Below, piece after piece: positions 1-7,353 of a stretch of 12,458 bases of DNA. Under the pieces are notes generated by a model, which saw only the letters and a program-made list of their open reading frames with translations, searched no databases and had not been told where the DNA came from. The position numbers were made by a program, and so were the translations under genes. How positions within the stretch are numbered: the stretch's first letter is position 1; each line of letters opens with the position of its first letter. Origin of the DNA: a virus (Duplodnaviria > Heunggongvirae > Uroviricota > Caudoviricetes); IMG/VR virus record IMGVR_UViG_2645727562_000019, one strand, 5' to 3'.

Positions 1-1257
1 GTGCTTACCGATACAAAATTAAAAAACCTCAAGCCGCAGGACAAACTGTACAAGGTCTCCGATCGTGACGGGCTGTATGTAGCTGTGCTTACGTCAGGCA
101 CGGTCTCGTTTCGCTATGACTACCGTATCAACGGTCGCCGCGAAACACTGGTAATCGGGCAGTATGGGCGTGACGGTATCAGCCTGGCAGAAGCGCGGGA
201 AGAACTGATTGCTGCAAAGAAGCTGCTTAAAGCAGGCCAGTCGCCGGCTGCGGCTAAACGTGACGGTATCAAAAAGATTCGTGGTGCCGAGACGTTTGCG
301 GTACATACCGACAGTTATATGAAACACGTCATCCTGGCTGACAGTACCCGCGCAATGAAGCAGGCGGTGATCGACCGTGACATACTTCCGGTTCTTGGCA
401 ACAAAATGATGGCTGAAATTACCACATCGATGGTTCGTGATTTGTGTGACCGGATTGTCGAACGCGGTGGCCGTGCAACAGCAGTACAGTCCAGGGAGAT
501 CATCAGCAGCGTATACCGTCACGCCAATGACCGTGGTCATGGTTTGTTTAATCCTGCGGCTGACATTAAACCTTCGTCTATCGCCATATTTAAACCACGA
601 GAGCGAACACTGACACCAGAAGAAATTGGCCTGTTCTTCCGTACGCTGGATGCCATTGGTGCTATGGGCACTATGAAAATGGCTTTAAAGCTGGTGCTTA
701 TCACTATGGTTCGTAAAGGCGAGTTCACCAATGCAACGTGGGATGAAATAGATTTTAAAAAATGGACATGGACAATTCCTTCAGACCGCATGAAGGGAAG
801 CCGGGCGCACGTTATTTACCTGCCTAAACAGGCACAGGATATATTGGTCGGGTTGCAGATGTGCGCTGGTGGAAGTGAATATCTGGTTCCTGGTCGTTAC
901 AATTTCCGGAAGCCATTATCTAATGCCGCGCTGAACTCTCTGATCGACAGAACGGTGAAAATAATAAATGAAGATGGTGAGCATATTCAGGACTTCACTG
1001 TACATGATATGCGCCGTACAGCCAGTACGTTGTTGCATGAGGCTGGTTATCCTTCAGACTGGATTGAAAAGTCTCTGGCACATGAGCAGAAAGGTGTGCG
1101 CGCCGTATATAACAAAGCGGAATACGCCAGACAGCGCGCCTACATGTTGCAGCAGTGGGCCGATATGATTGATTCCTGGATTGACGGGGAGCATACGGAT
1201 CTGATTCCGTTCTCCCCGTCGAAGTTTGAGAGGTGGATGGAAGACAGTAATAAATAA
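1..1257 (+). CDS. int: Tyrosine site-specific integrase (P4-type phage integrase family)
   Basis: 418-aa ORF with N-terminal LTDTK...LYKVSD arm-binding-like region, box II HDMRRTASTLL (HxxR) and C-terminal VRAVYNKAEY tyrosine region. GTG at window position 1, so the true start may sit at or just upstream of the edge. Stop TAA at 1255-1257. Confidence 0.85.
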   Translation: MLTDTKLKNLKPQDKLYKVSDRDGLYVAVLTSGTVSFRYDYRINGRRETLVIGQYGRDGISLAEAREELIAAKKLLKAGQSPAAAKRDGIKKIRGAETFAVHTDSYMKHVILADSTRAMKQAVIDRDILPVLGNKMMAEITTSMVRDLCDRIVERGGRATAVQSREIISSVYRHANDRGHGLFNPAADIKPSSIAIFKPRERTLTPEEIGLFFRTLDAIGAMGTMKMALKLVLITMVRKGEFTNATWDEIDFKKWTWTIPSDRMKGSRAHVIYLPKQAQDILVGLQMCAGGSEYLVPGRYNFRKPLSNAALNSLIDRTVKIINEDGEHIQDFTVHDMRRTASTLLHEAGYPSDWIEKSLAHEQKGVRAVYNKAEYARQRAYMLQQWADMIDSWIDGEHTDLIPFSPSKFERWMEDSNK

Positions 1258-1259
1258 TT

Positions 1260-1919
1260 CTATCCTTCCTGGACTTTGGTAAGCGTCAGATTTCCGCAGA
1301 ACACTGCGCCGGTGTCGATGTACATTTGGTTTGCATACACCAGTGGGTGATGTGCTGGCGTATGACCGAAGATGAACAAATCGGCACCGGTTATCTCCGA
1401 GACAATACCGTCCTGCGCGTCGCTAACCCGCTCACGATTCCATATCACCATTTCTTCCGGTACTGGCTTATCGAATGCGTATTCGTTGTGCGGGTAGTCT
1501 GCGTGGCAGATGACGACCTTCTTATTGCCGGTAACCAGTTCGATAATCATCGGGAGGTTGGTAACCTTTGGCAGAAGGTATTTGAGTTGCACATCCTGCT
1601 CAGAATCAAGTTGGTGCCACCATCCACCGCCGTTTGACATCCAATGTCCGAAACTTCCGCCGTTGACCAGTGCATCCAGCATCATCTGCTCATGGTTGCC
1701 ACGAACAGCTCGGAACCACGGAATAGTAATCAAATCCAGGCATTCGACGTTTTCAGCGCCGCGGTCAACAAGGTCACCAACGGAAATAAGCAAATCGCGC
1801 GCCGGGTCGAATGAAACTTTGTCGAGTTCGTTCATCAGCAGCGTGTAGCACCCATGCAGATCGCCGACGACGAAGATATTGCACCAGTCAGCGCCATTGA
1901 TGCGTTGATATAGGTTCAT
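1260..1919 (-). CDS. Serine/threonine protein phosphatase, lambda PPase-like metallophosphoesterase
   Basis: Near-colinear resemblance to lambda phosphatase as recalled: [46 protein letters not shown]. Start taken at ATG 1919 (MNLYQRI...) with GGGAG 8 nt upstream; the track ORF extends further 5-prime to 2039 but that would overlap the upstream gene. ATGA overlap with the upstream methyltransferase. Confidence 0.9.
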   Translation of the reverse strand: MNLYQRINGADWCNIFVVGDLHGCYTLLMNELDKVSFDPARDLLISVGDLVDRGAENVECLDLITIPWFRAVRGNHEQMMLDALVNGGSFGHWMSNGGGWWHQLDSEQDVQLKYLLPKVTNLPMIIELVTGNKKVVICHADYPHNEYAFDKPVPEEMVIWNRERVSDAQDGIVSEITGADLFIFGHTPAHHPLVYANQMYIDTGAVFCGNLTLTKVQEG

Positions 1920-2566
1920 GCTGCACGCTCCCGCCCCTGGTTGTCTGTTGGTGACAGCGGAGCATTGCTGAATGCATTTGTTAATCCGCCAATATCCAAC
2001 GCGTATCCAGGATGTAGTTGCACTGCCGGGTCTTCGCACTGATTACCCCAAACATCGAAACCATGAGACGACTGGCGGGCGAACAGTTCAATGCGAGAAA
2101 CATCGCCTAACAATTGCACAAGTTTTTCACGAACGACATCTGGTTTTCTTGAATGCTCAAGCCGCGGTGCGGTAAATGACTGAACGATCCCTGCATTAAT
2201 GCGTGGAGGTAGTTTTCCCTTTACTGCAAACAGGCAATCTTCACTATTGGCGCGAGTCATGTGTCCCATACCCATAACCAGTTTATCTGGTTGTCGACTA
2301 CCACATTTTATCCACGTGAAGCCCTTCATGGTCATCAGACGGAATCCCCAGGCTTCAACAACTTTTAGTGCTTCGAGTGGTTGTGTTGGCACCCACCACA
2401 TGGCCAACAGACAGTTTTCATCGGCCAAATCCCACACAGGAAGGCGGCAAATATCCAGCACACTCATAACCGGATATTTAAAACCGGCACCGCGATTACC
2501 ATCCGCGGCTTTGTCCCGGTATACCCAGGGTGGATCTGCATAGATTAGTGTGTATTTCTTAGTCAT
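1916..2566 (-). CDS. MT-A70-family N6-adenine DNA methyltransferase, apparently orphan (no restriction partner nearby)
   Basis: IYADPPW(V)Y motif near the N-terminus, typical of the MT-A70 / phage Dam-like family. Start taken at ATG 2566 ([14 protein letters not shown]). Stop TGA 1916-1918 overlaps the phosphatase ATG (ATGA). Confidence 0.8.
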   Translation of the reverse strand: MTKKYTLIYADPPWVYRDKAADGNRGAGFKYPVMSVLDICRLPVWDLADENCLLAMWWVPTQPLEALKVVEAWGFRLMTMKGFTWIKCGSRQPDKLVMGMGHMTRANSEDCLFAVKGKLPPRINAGIVQSFTAPRLEHSRKPDVVREKLVQLLGDVSRIELFARQSSHGFDVWGNQCEDPAVQLHPGYALDIGGLTNAFSNAPLSPTDNQGRERAA

Positions 2567-2858
2567 AAACCACCCCACAACATCCTATGCCGCTATAGTC
2601 GCCACGGCGAAGGCCGTTACCTTTTGTGATACATTGGTCCCTGCGAACCGCGATCCTTGCACGCTCAACATCACCAGAAGCAACATCCATACACTGAAGC
2701 CAAAGGTGGGCGGCAATGCGGAACTGCCCTTTTTTCTCTCTTTCAATCGCGCGTTTTTCGATCTCTATCGCCGCAGGAGTAACGGCAACAACCTTTGAAT
2801 GGCTGCGCATTGAAACCTTGTTCATGTGATATTTTTCAAGTCGGCTTAACTTTCTCAC
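2559..2858 (-). CDS. Hypothetical protein (99 aa), no recognised domain
   Basis: ORF overlapping the methyltransferase start by 8 nt. GTG at 2858 is preceded by GAGAGGG 9 nt upstream; alternative ATG at 2825 has no SD. Start uncertain. Confidence 0.4.
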   Translation of the reverse strand: MRKLSRLEKYHMNKVSMRSHSKVVAVTPAAIEIEKRAIEREKKGQFRIAAHLWLQCMDVASGDVERARIAVRRDQCITKGNGLRRGDYSGIGCCGVVYD

Positions 2859-2967
2859 TTAATCCAACCCTCTCTGAAAATTAATGCCAGCAGATAAAGC
2901 CATGCTGAAACAGAGGCCAGGAATAAGTACCATCCTGACCATTTGCTCCAGTGCCTTAGCAGCACAC

Positions 2968-3216
2968 TCATGCCGCGTTGCTCACAGGACGATATACTCG
3001 TTGCTGAACAGGAGGTTTTTTACCCTGGAACTCTGCCGGGCTTGCTGCCTGACGTTCATCAAGCCAACGCTCAACTTCATCACGGTTCCATGCGCAGCGT
3101 TTGTCAGTGATATACCAGCGTTTAGGAAATTCCCCTGCGCGCTCCATACGGTCGATAGTGCTCCATGACAGTGGCACCACCGCCAGGAGTTCCTTCTTAC
3201 CTAATGCACCTTTCAT
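2968..3216 (-). CDS. AlpA/Xis-like small DNA-binding protein (excisionase or prophage regulatory protein family)
   Basis: 82 aa; segment LLAVVPLSWSTIDRMERAGEFPKRWYITDKRCAWNRDEVERWLDER fits the AlpA/excisionase winged-helix pattern (L..V.....ST......G.FP.........W...EV..WL). SD-like GAGAGG lies upstream. Confidence 0.75.
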   Translation of the reverse strand: MKGALGKKELLAVVPLSWSTIDRMERAGEFPKRWYITDKRCAWNRDEVERWLDERQAASPAEFQGKKPPVQQRVYRPVSNAA

Positions 3217-3265
3217 AAATACCTCTCTTGGTTGCAGTGCGGCGCGCGTGGCGCCGCGGTGGTGG

Positions 3266-4147
3266 TTACATAGATGTTTCGTTTAATTCTTCCCGACGAA
3301 CGCTGTAAACGTCGGTGGCTTTTGCCAGCAGTTCGTCATCATCTGAAAGTTTTTGTGCAATGTATTTGTAAGCCTTATCCAGTTCGGAGACAGTGCTGTA
3401 ATTCATCGCTGCGCTGGTAAAGGCCATCAGCATTTCTTCTGGATCACGGCTATCCGCTTTACGCGTTTGCTCATCATGCTTTTTCGCTGGTTTAGCGTTG
3501 ATCAGACTGTTCATTCCCGCAGCAGTAGTCGTTTGTGGAGTAATGTCTCGCTCAACGCGCGGTGCCGTTTCCTGTAATTCGTCAGGGGTGTAAACACCGA
3601 GAAGCACATCAGGAGCGTGCAGGCGAGCCCATCGTTTCGTGCAAAGATAGGCAAGCTGCTGGCGCGGATCCTGTTCCCACAATGGAGAGTTACGCACTCC
3701 GGCTTGCGCCATACTGATGGTAAGCTCACGGGGTTCTGCTTCTCCTTTAAGAACTGCTGACACAGTTACCGTCAGATTCGGTGATTTATCTGTTTTGCCG
3801 TTAACATTCGACCAGTCACCGCTCCAGCGATAATTCAGGCGTGTCGCCAGCAGGCTGGAAGAGGATACGACCGCGTTTACCAACTGTGCTTCGTAGCCTA
3901 ACGTTCCGTTTACCACATGCGTTTTCTGCGCCACGGCGAAAGGGTTCATTCCCCACTGTGCCGCCTGCATGGTCACCGCCAGGCAATCGGCAGGTTTGCC
4001 TTCAAGATGTTTCGGTACAGTCACTTTGCTTTGTGACATCAAATCCGCGAAACGCACCAGTTGATTCATGCCCTCGGGGCTGAAGATTGCCGCAGCAGTG
4101 CCTACAGTTGCGCCTGGTTGTGATGTGATTGCGATATCATTGCTCAT
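3266..4147 (-). CDS. RecT/Bet-family single-strand annealing recombinase
   Basis: 293 aa; C-terminal region NSPLWEQDPRQQLAYLCTKRWARLHAPDVLLGVYTPDE...ERDITP parallels lambda Bet (WQSHPKRMLRHKAMIQCARLAFGFAGIYDKDE...ERDITP, from memory). AGGA SD upstream; ATG 4147 overlaps the exonuclease stop (ATGA). Confidence 0.8.
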   Translation of the reverse strand: MSNDIAITSQPGATVGTAAAIFSPEGMNQLVRFADLMSQSKVTVPKHLEGKPADCLAVTMQAAQWGMNPFAVAQKTHVVNGTLGYEAQLVNAVVSSSSLLATRLNYRWSGDWSNVNGKTDKSPNLTVTVSAVLKGEAEPRELTISMAQAGVRNSPLWEQDPRQQLAYLCTKRWARLHAPDVLLGVYTPDELQETAPRVERDITPQTTTAAGMNSLINAKPAKKHDEQTRKADSRDPEEMLMAFTSAAMNYSTVSELDKAYKYIAQKLSDDDELLAKATDVYSVRREELNETSM

Positions 4148-4965
4148 ACGTACATATCCTGTTTACGTGCCCAGTCAGGGCGTTTAATAATTTCCACTCC
4201 GCCCCATTCATCGTTGATGCGGCATTCGTGATAGGTATTCAGATCCCGGCGGAACAGAGCGTGCCCGGCATCGACATCCGGCGCATCCAGCTCGAACACG
4301 CGTACCGGATACCGACCACAATCAATGCTTTCGCTCACGGCAAGAAAGAAAAAACCATGTGGCTGACCAGTAACCCTCATTGCGCCTTCGCGGTACATTG
4401 CGTCCTGCACGTGGTAGCGGAACTCCTCGATGTGGCGTGCAAAACGGTCCATATCTGCAACCTTTTTCACGTCGACGATCACGTTGTGCTCGTTCAGCCA
4501 TTTGTCTGGACGAATTCGGCACAACTCACCCGTATCTTCATCGTTCCAGTACATTGATGCTTCGCAGTAACCAGGTGCTTCCAACATCCAGCGTGCCGCC
4601 GGGTGAGCCATTGCGCTATCACGCATCAGCTCCAGTTTTCGCCACTGCTCTGCATCAAGTACCGAAATCCCCATATCCGCTACATCACGAATAAATGCCT
4701 CTTCGTCAGCTTTACCTTGTTTTGTCCGACGATCGAATTTCGGTGAAACGATGAAGCGTTTGTCAAACTCTCCAGGTTCCAGAAGCAGACAGTGCAGAGC
4801 AGTACCCATGTCCAGTTCAGACTTCTTCTCTTCGTCTTCCGGAGCAGCCTTCACCCATTTCAGAAGGGCAGGGTTCTTAGCCACCATATCTAGCTGCGAC
4901 TTACTCACGCCGTCACCGGCGTGGTAGTCCTCGTTGCTGATATCGAAATAAATTCCCGGATTCAT
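4144..4965 (-). CDS. RecE-like PD-(D/E)XK exonuclease (exodeoxyribonuclease VIII-like domain family)
   Basis: 273 aa; N-terminus IYFDISNEDYHAGDGVSKSQL is typical of the prophage exonuclease VIII-like family, with a D...VDVKK PD-(D/E)XK-like motif. Sits immediately upstream of RecT. AGAGGG SD 7 nt before ATG 4965; ATGA overlaps on both sides. Confidence 0.75.
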   Translation of the reverse strand: MNPGIYFDISNEDYHAGDGVSKSQLDMVAKNPALLKWVKAAPEDEEKKSELDMGTALHCLLLEPGEFDKRFIVSPKFDRRTKQGKADEEAFIRDVADMGISVLDAEQWRKLELMRDSAMAHPAARWMLEAPGYCEASMYWNDEDTGELCRIRPDKWLNEHNVIVDVKKVADMDRFARHIEEFRYHVQDAMYREGAMRVTGQPHGFFFLAVSESIDCGRYPVRVFELDAPDVDAGHALFRRDLNTYHECRINDEWGGVEIIKRPDWARKQDMYV

Positions 4966-5261
4966 GCCGCGTCCCTCTGCCCATCAATCTGATCAGCCAG
5001 ATCCCAGCGGGCGATAATTGCCATTGCCTCGCGCCGGTAGGCATCCATTAGTTCTTCGAACTCTGGACTGTCTTTAGCGGCCTCCAGTACTTCCTGGCGA
5101 ACGCCTTTACCTGTTACAACGTCGAAAGTTGAGGCCAGTTGATGAAGCCGGATGGTCTCAATCAGTTCAACTTGTCGGTCATATAGCTGTTCTGACAGGC
5201 GGTAGTCCTTGTCGAATGCCAGCATGATTTTTTGAAGATTTTTCTGCTGATTAACGTTCAT
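4962..5261 (-). CDS. Hypothetical protein (99 aa)
   Basis: ORF in the operon; start taken at ATG 5261 preceded by GAGGTGG (the track ORF begins at GTG 5267). Stop overlaps the exonuclease ATG (ATGA). Confidence 0.55.
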   Translation of the reverse strand: MNVNQQKNLQKIMLAFDKDYRLSEQLYDRQVELIETIRLHQLASTFDVVTGKGVRQEVLEAAKDSPEFEELMDAYRREAMAIIARWDLADQIDGQRDAA

Positions 5262-5268
5262 ACCCACC

Positions 5269-6303
5269 TCAATATTTGATATACGCGTCCTGCACTTTGC
5301 CGCCAGCGATAGCCAACATTGCTTTCTGCGCGAATTCTTCGGGAATGCCTTGGGCTATCAGATCTGCGATTACTCTGCGGTTAACGGTACGGCGATGCTC
5401 TTTATCCGCAGCTCGGCGCGCTTCTTCGTCGGCGATACGCTTCTGTTCTTCAATGCGGGCTTTTTCTGCCTCCTCTTGGCGTCGGCGTTCCTCGGCAACG
5501 GCTTCTTCTTTTTCGCGTCGTGCACGCTGCTCTGCTTCAATTCGCTGACGTTCTGCTACTTCAGCACGTGCTTTCTCTTCCGCCGCCAGGCGTGCCGCAG
5601 CATCAATTTCAGCTTTCGCTTTTTGTTCAGCTTCGAGCCTGGCCTGTTCAGCAGCTTCCCGGCGGATATTCTCTTCTCGCTCAATGCGCGCTTTTTCCTC
5701 CGCTTCTTTGCGAAGTCTCTCCAGCTCAGCGGCTTCATGCTCGCGTTTTTGAGCTACTGCGAGTGATTCTTCCAGTTTCTGGATGGTTGAATCCTTGGCT
5801 ACTCCAGCTTCTGCTGCGTACTCCTGCCAACTCTCATCAAGTGCTACTGATTTAGCCTCTTGAATTCGTTCCTGAATATCAGTTGATGGCAAGTAGTTTC
5901 CGGAGAGATCGATCACGTCAGCCAGTGCTCGCAAATTTGTCAGGCGTTGTTGCAGTGCTTCAGTGCGTAATTTCTCAGCATTTTCCCACTCGGTGAGTGG
6001 GCGGCGTACTTCATCACGAAGCCGATCGCATTCGGTTACGAGGCGTCGTAACTCTGCTTCAACTACTTTCGGCTGTTCTTTCAGGCGTTTCAGATAATCA
6101 CGTCCTGGTTTTTCTACCGCTGTTTTACTTCTTGAAACCTTCGCAGCCAGAGATGCAATGCGCTTTCTGCCTTTGTCTGTGCTAATGTCAGGCACTTCAT
6201 TAACACCTTCACGGATCTGCTCGAGAAACTTTTCCAGTCCTTTTTCAACGTAAATTCTTGGTGCCATATCTGGTGTGATTTCGATGATTGATAATTCACT
6301 CAT
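5269..6303 (-). CDS. Coiled-coil protein with an E/A/R/K-rich low-complexity segment, function unknown
   Basis: 344-aa ORF with a strong GGGAGGAGG SD before ATG 6303. The central ~120 aa are repetitive (EAEEKARIERE..., AEQKAKAEIDAAARLAAEEKARAEVAERQRIEAEQRARREKEEA). Coding potential is supported by operon context and the ATGA overlap with the upstream small ORF. Confidence 0.7.
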   Translation of the reverse strand: MSELSIIEITPDMAPRIYVEKGLEKFLEQIREGVNEVPDISTDKGRKRIASLAAKVSRSKTAVEKPGRDYLKRLKEQPKVVEAELRRLVTECDRLRDEVRRPLTEWENAEKLRTEALQQRLTNLRALADVIDLSGNYLPSTDIQERIQEAKSVALDESWQEYAAEAGVAKDSTIQKLEESLAVAQKREHEAAELERLRKEAEEKARIEREENIRREAAEQARLEAEQKAKAEIDAAARLAAEEKARAEVAERQRIEAEQRARREKEEAVAEERRRQEEAEKARIEEQKRIADEEARRAADKEHRRTVNRRVIADLIAQGIPEEFAQKAMLAIAGGKVQDAYIKY

Positions 6304-6461
6304 TTGCTAACCTCCTCCCATAGCTCGTTATCGTTGGCTACATCGCGAGCTTCTTTGCTGACGAAAGCCCACTTAATGCCTTCCTGTAAGGTGCGGAACT
6401 TCCAGCTCATGAATCCGCATGCAGTAACGCAGTACCAACCGTTGATGATTTTCCACTGCAT
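6300..6461 (-). CDS. Small Trp-rich protein (53 aa), first gene of the leftward operon; absent from the ORF track (below 60 aa)
   Basis: Manual translation of the minus strand gives MQWKIINGWYCVTACGFMSWKFRTLQEGIKWAFVSKEARDVANDNELWEEVSK. ATG at 6461 with GAGG 9 nt upstream; stop TGA 6300-6302 overlaps the next ATG (ATGA). Confidence 0.45.
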   Translation of the reverse strand: MQWKIINGWYCVTACGFMSWKFRTLQEGIKWAFVSKEARDVANDNELWEEVSK

Positions 6462-6480
6462 AACTTGTTACCTCGGTTTG

Positions 6481-6557
6481 TTACCGTTGAGGTAATAATT
6501 ATGCGTATCTGGTTTGATGTCAATAGATATGAGTTAAAAAAATTACCCGTTAGGTAA
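6481..6557 (-). promoter_or_regulatory. PL-like early-left promoter with two operator palindromes
   Basis: Minus-strand TTGACA (-35) at 6518-6523 followed by an AT-rich -10 region. TTACCGTTGAGGTAA at 6481-6495 lies between the -10 and the mRNA start; TTACCCGTTAGGTAA at 6543-6557 lies 19 bp upstream of the -35. The layout mirrors lambda OL/PL. Confidence 0.6.
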
Positions 6558-6570
6558 TCTAATAGGCAAT

Positions 6571-6592
6571 AAAAAAGCCGCCAGAAGGCGGC
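6571..6592 (-). terminator. Intrinsic terminator ending the repressor transcript
   Basis: GCCGCC-agaa-GGCGGC stem-loop (6577-6592) followed on the minus strand by a U6 tract (A-run 6571-6576 on plus), 23 bp downstream of the repressor stop. Confidence 0.7.
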
Positions 6593-6614
6593 TTACTTAC
6601 TGAAAAATATGATT

Positions 6615-7199
6615 TTATTGTTTGTTTTTTTCGTTCTGGTTGATGACAAATTCAATGTAACTTTCGATCTTTGCTTTCTCGGTTTCGGGTAACAAAGCGT
6701 AGCGCGAGCGGTCATAGTTGATAGTCGCAGGGTCGTGCGGGTGAATCAGTAATTCATAGCCGTGACGCCCGAATGCGGATGCAACATTCTCCAGGGTGGA
6801 AATGGAAACGCTGACCTCATTGTTTAACAGGCGGCTGATTGTCACCTGGGCGACGCCGGATGCGCGGTGAAGTTTTCCCTGCGTTGAAAGGTCGCGGCTT
6901 TCGCTCATCCAGCGTTCCAGGTTGTGAGCCGCCAGCTGACCAATGTCGCTTGGTCCGACAGGCTGAAAACCTTCCTGAGAAAGCGAGCGATCGATATCAA
7001 GCCAGTTACGGGGTTTATTGGCGGCAGCTTCAATTTTTCGCGCAACCTGGTCGCCGATAACCTTCTTGCCAAGAGCCCAGCGGTTTACCAGATTTGCCTG
7101 AGTTCCAAGTTTTTCTGCCATCCGCGTCTGAACACCATTGAATTCACGGTCGATCAAGTCGTTGAGATTTTGCCTACGGACGTCCTGGATACTTTTCAT
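6615..7199 (-). CDS. Prophage repressor candidate (CI-like role): two XRE-type HTH domains, no recognisable S24 peptidase/autocleavage domain
   Basis: 194 aa. N-terminal HTH-like segment VQTRMAEKLGTQANLVNRWALGKK and a second HTH-like segment LSTQGKLHRASGVAQVTISRLLNNEVSVSISTLENVASAF. Divergent from the Cro-like gene with an operator cluster between them; no obvious SD before ATG 7199. Confidence 0.65.
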   Translation of the reverse strand: MKSIQDVRRQNLNDLIDREFNGVQTRMAEKLGTQANLVNRWALGKKVIGDQVARKIEAAANKPRNWLDIDRSLSQEGFQPVGPSDIGQLAAHNLERWMSESRDLSTQGKLHRASGVAQVTISRLLNNEVSVSISTLENVASAFGRHGYELLIHPHDPATINYDRSRYALLPETEKAKIESYIEFVINQNEKNKQ

Positions 7200-7254
7200 T
7201 TTCTGGAAAATCGCCTCATATATGAATCAGTAGATGATTCAATTTAAAGCAATA

Positions 7255-7328
7255 TTACCCAACAGGTAAATGCACCCCATAGGTAACCATCCTTGATTTT
7301 TGTTACCTTATGGGTGAATATTTATTAT
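7255..7328. promoter_or_regulatory. OR-like operator cluster with PR-like promoter
   Basis: Three palindromes: TTACCCAACAGGTAA (7255-7269), GCACCCCATAGGTAA (7272-7286) and TTACCTTATGGGTGA (7303-7317). Candidate rightward promoter TTGTTA (7300-7305), 17-bp spacer, TATTAT (7323-7328), 26 bp before the cro-like ATG. Confidence 0.55.
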
Positions 7329-7353
7329 CTGAAATAAATATCAGGCAATAGCT

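Noticed and set aside
1-60. Attachment site or tRNA gene next to the integrase
   Set aside because: The integrase starts at the first base of the window, so any attL or tRNA target would lie upstream and outside the sequence provided.
94-791. Three minus-strand ORFs (62-148 aa) inside the integrase gene
   Set aside because: They lie entirely antisense within a well-supported integrase CDS and have no recognisable motifs.
865-872. Chi site GCTGGTGG inside the integrase gene
   Set aside because: A single Chi octamer in 12 kb is about the chance expectation for enterobacterial DNA, so it is not evidence of a recombination hotspot.
5276-5855. Four plus-strand ORFs (90-138 aa) antisense to the 344-aa gene
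   Set aside because: They translate to Ser/Ala/Phe/Leu-rich low-complexity strings and are the mirror image of the E/A/R/K repeat coding region on the minus strand. No SD or operon context supports them.
6462-6480. Search for a lambda N-like antiterminator and nut site at the start of the leftward operon
   Set aside because: The promoter-proximal ORF is Trp-rich rather than Arg-rich, and no boxA/boxB-like element was recognisable by eye. Absence cannot be proven without a search, so no feature was called.
6304-6495. Plus-strand 63-aa ORF from the track
   Set aside because: It overlaps the better-supported minus-strand 53-aa ORF, which has an SD and ATGA coupling to the operon, and runs through the PL-like operator; it has no ribosome-binding site.
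6839-7247. Two plus-strand ORFs antisense to the repressor gene
   Set aside because: They are embedded in the repressor CDS and extend into the operator region; no supporting signals.
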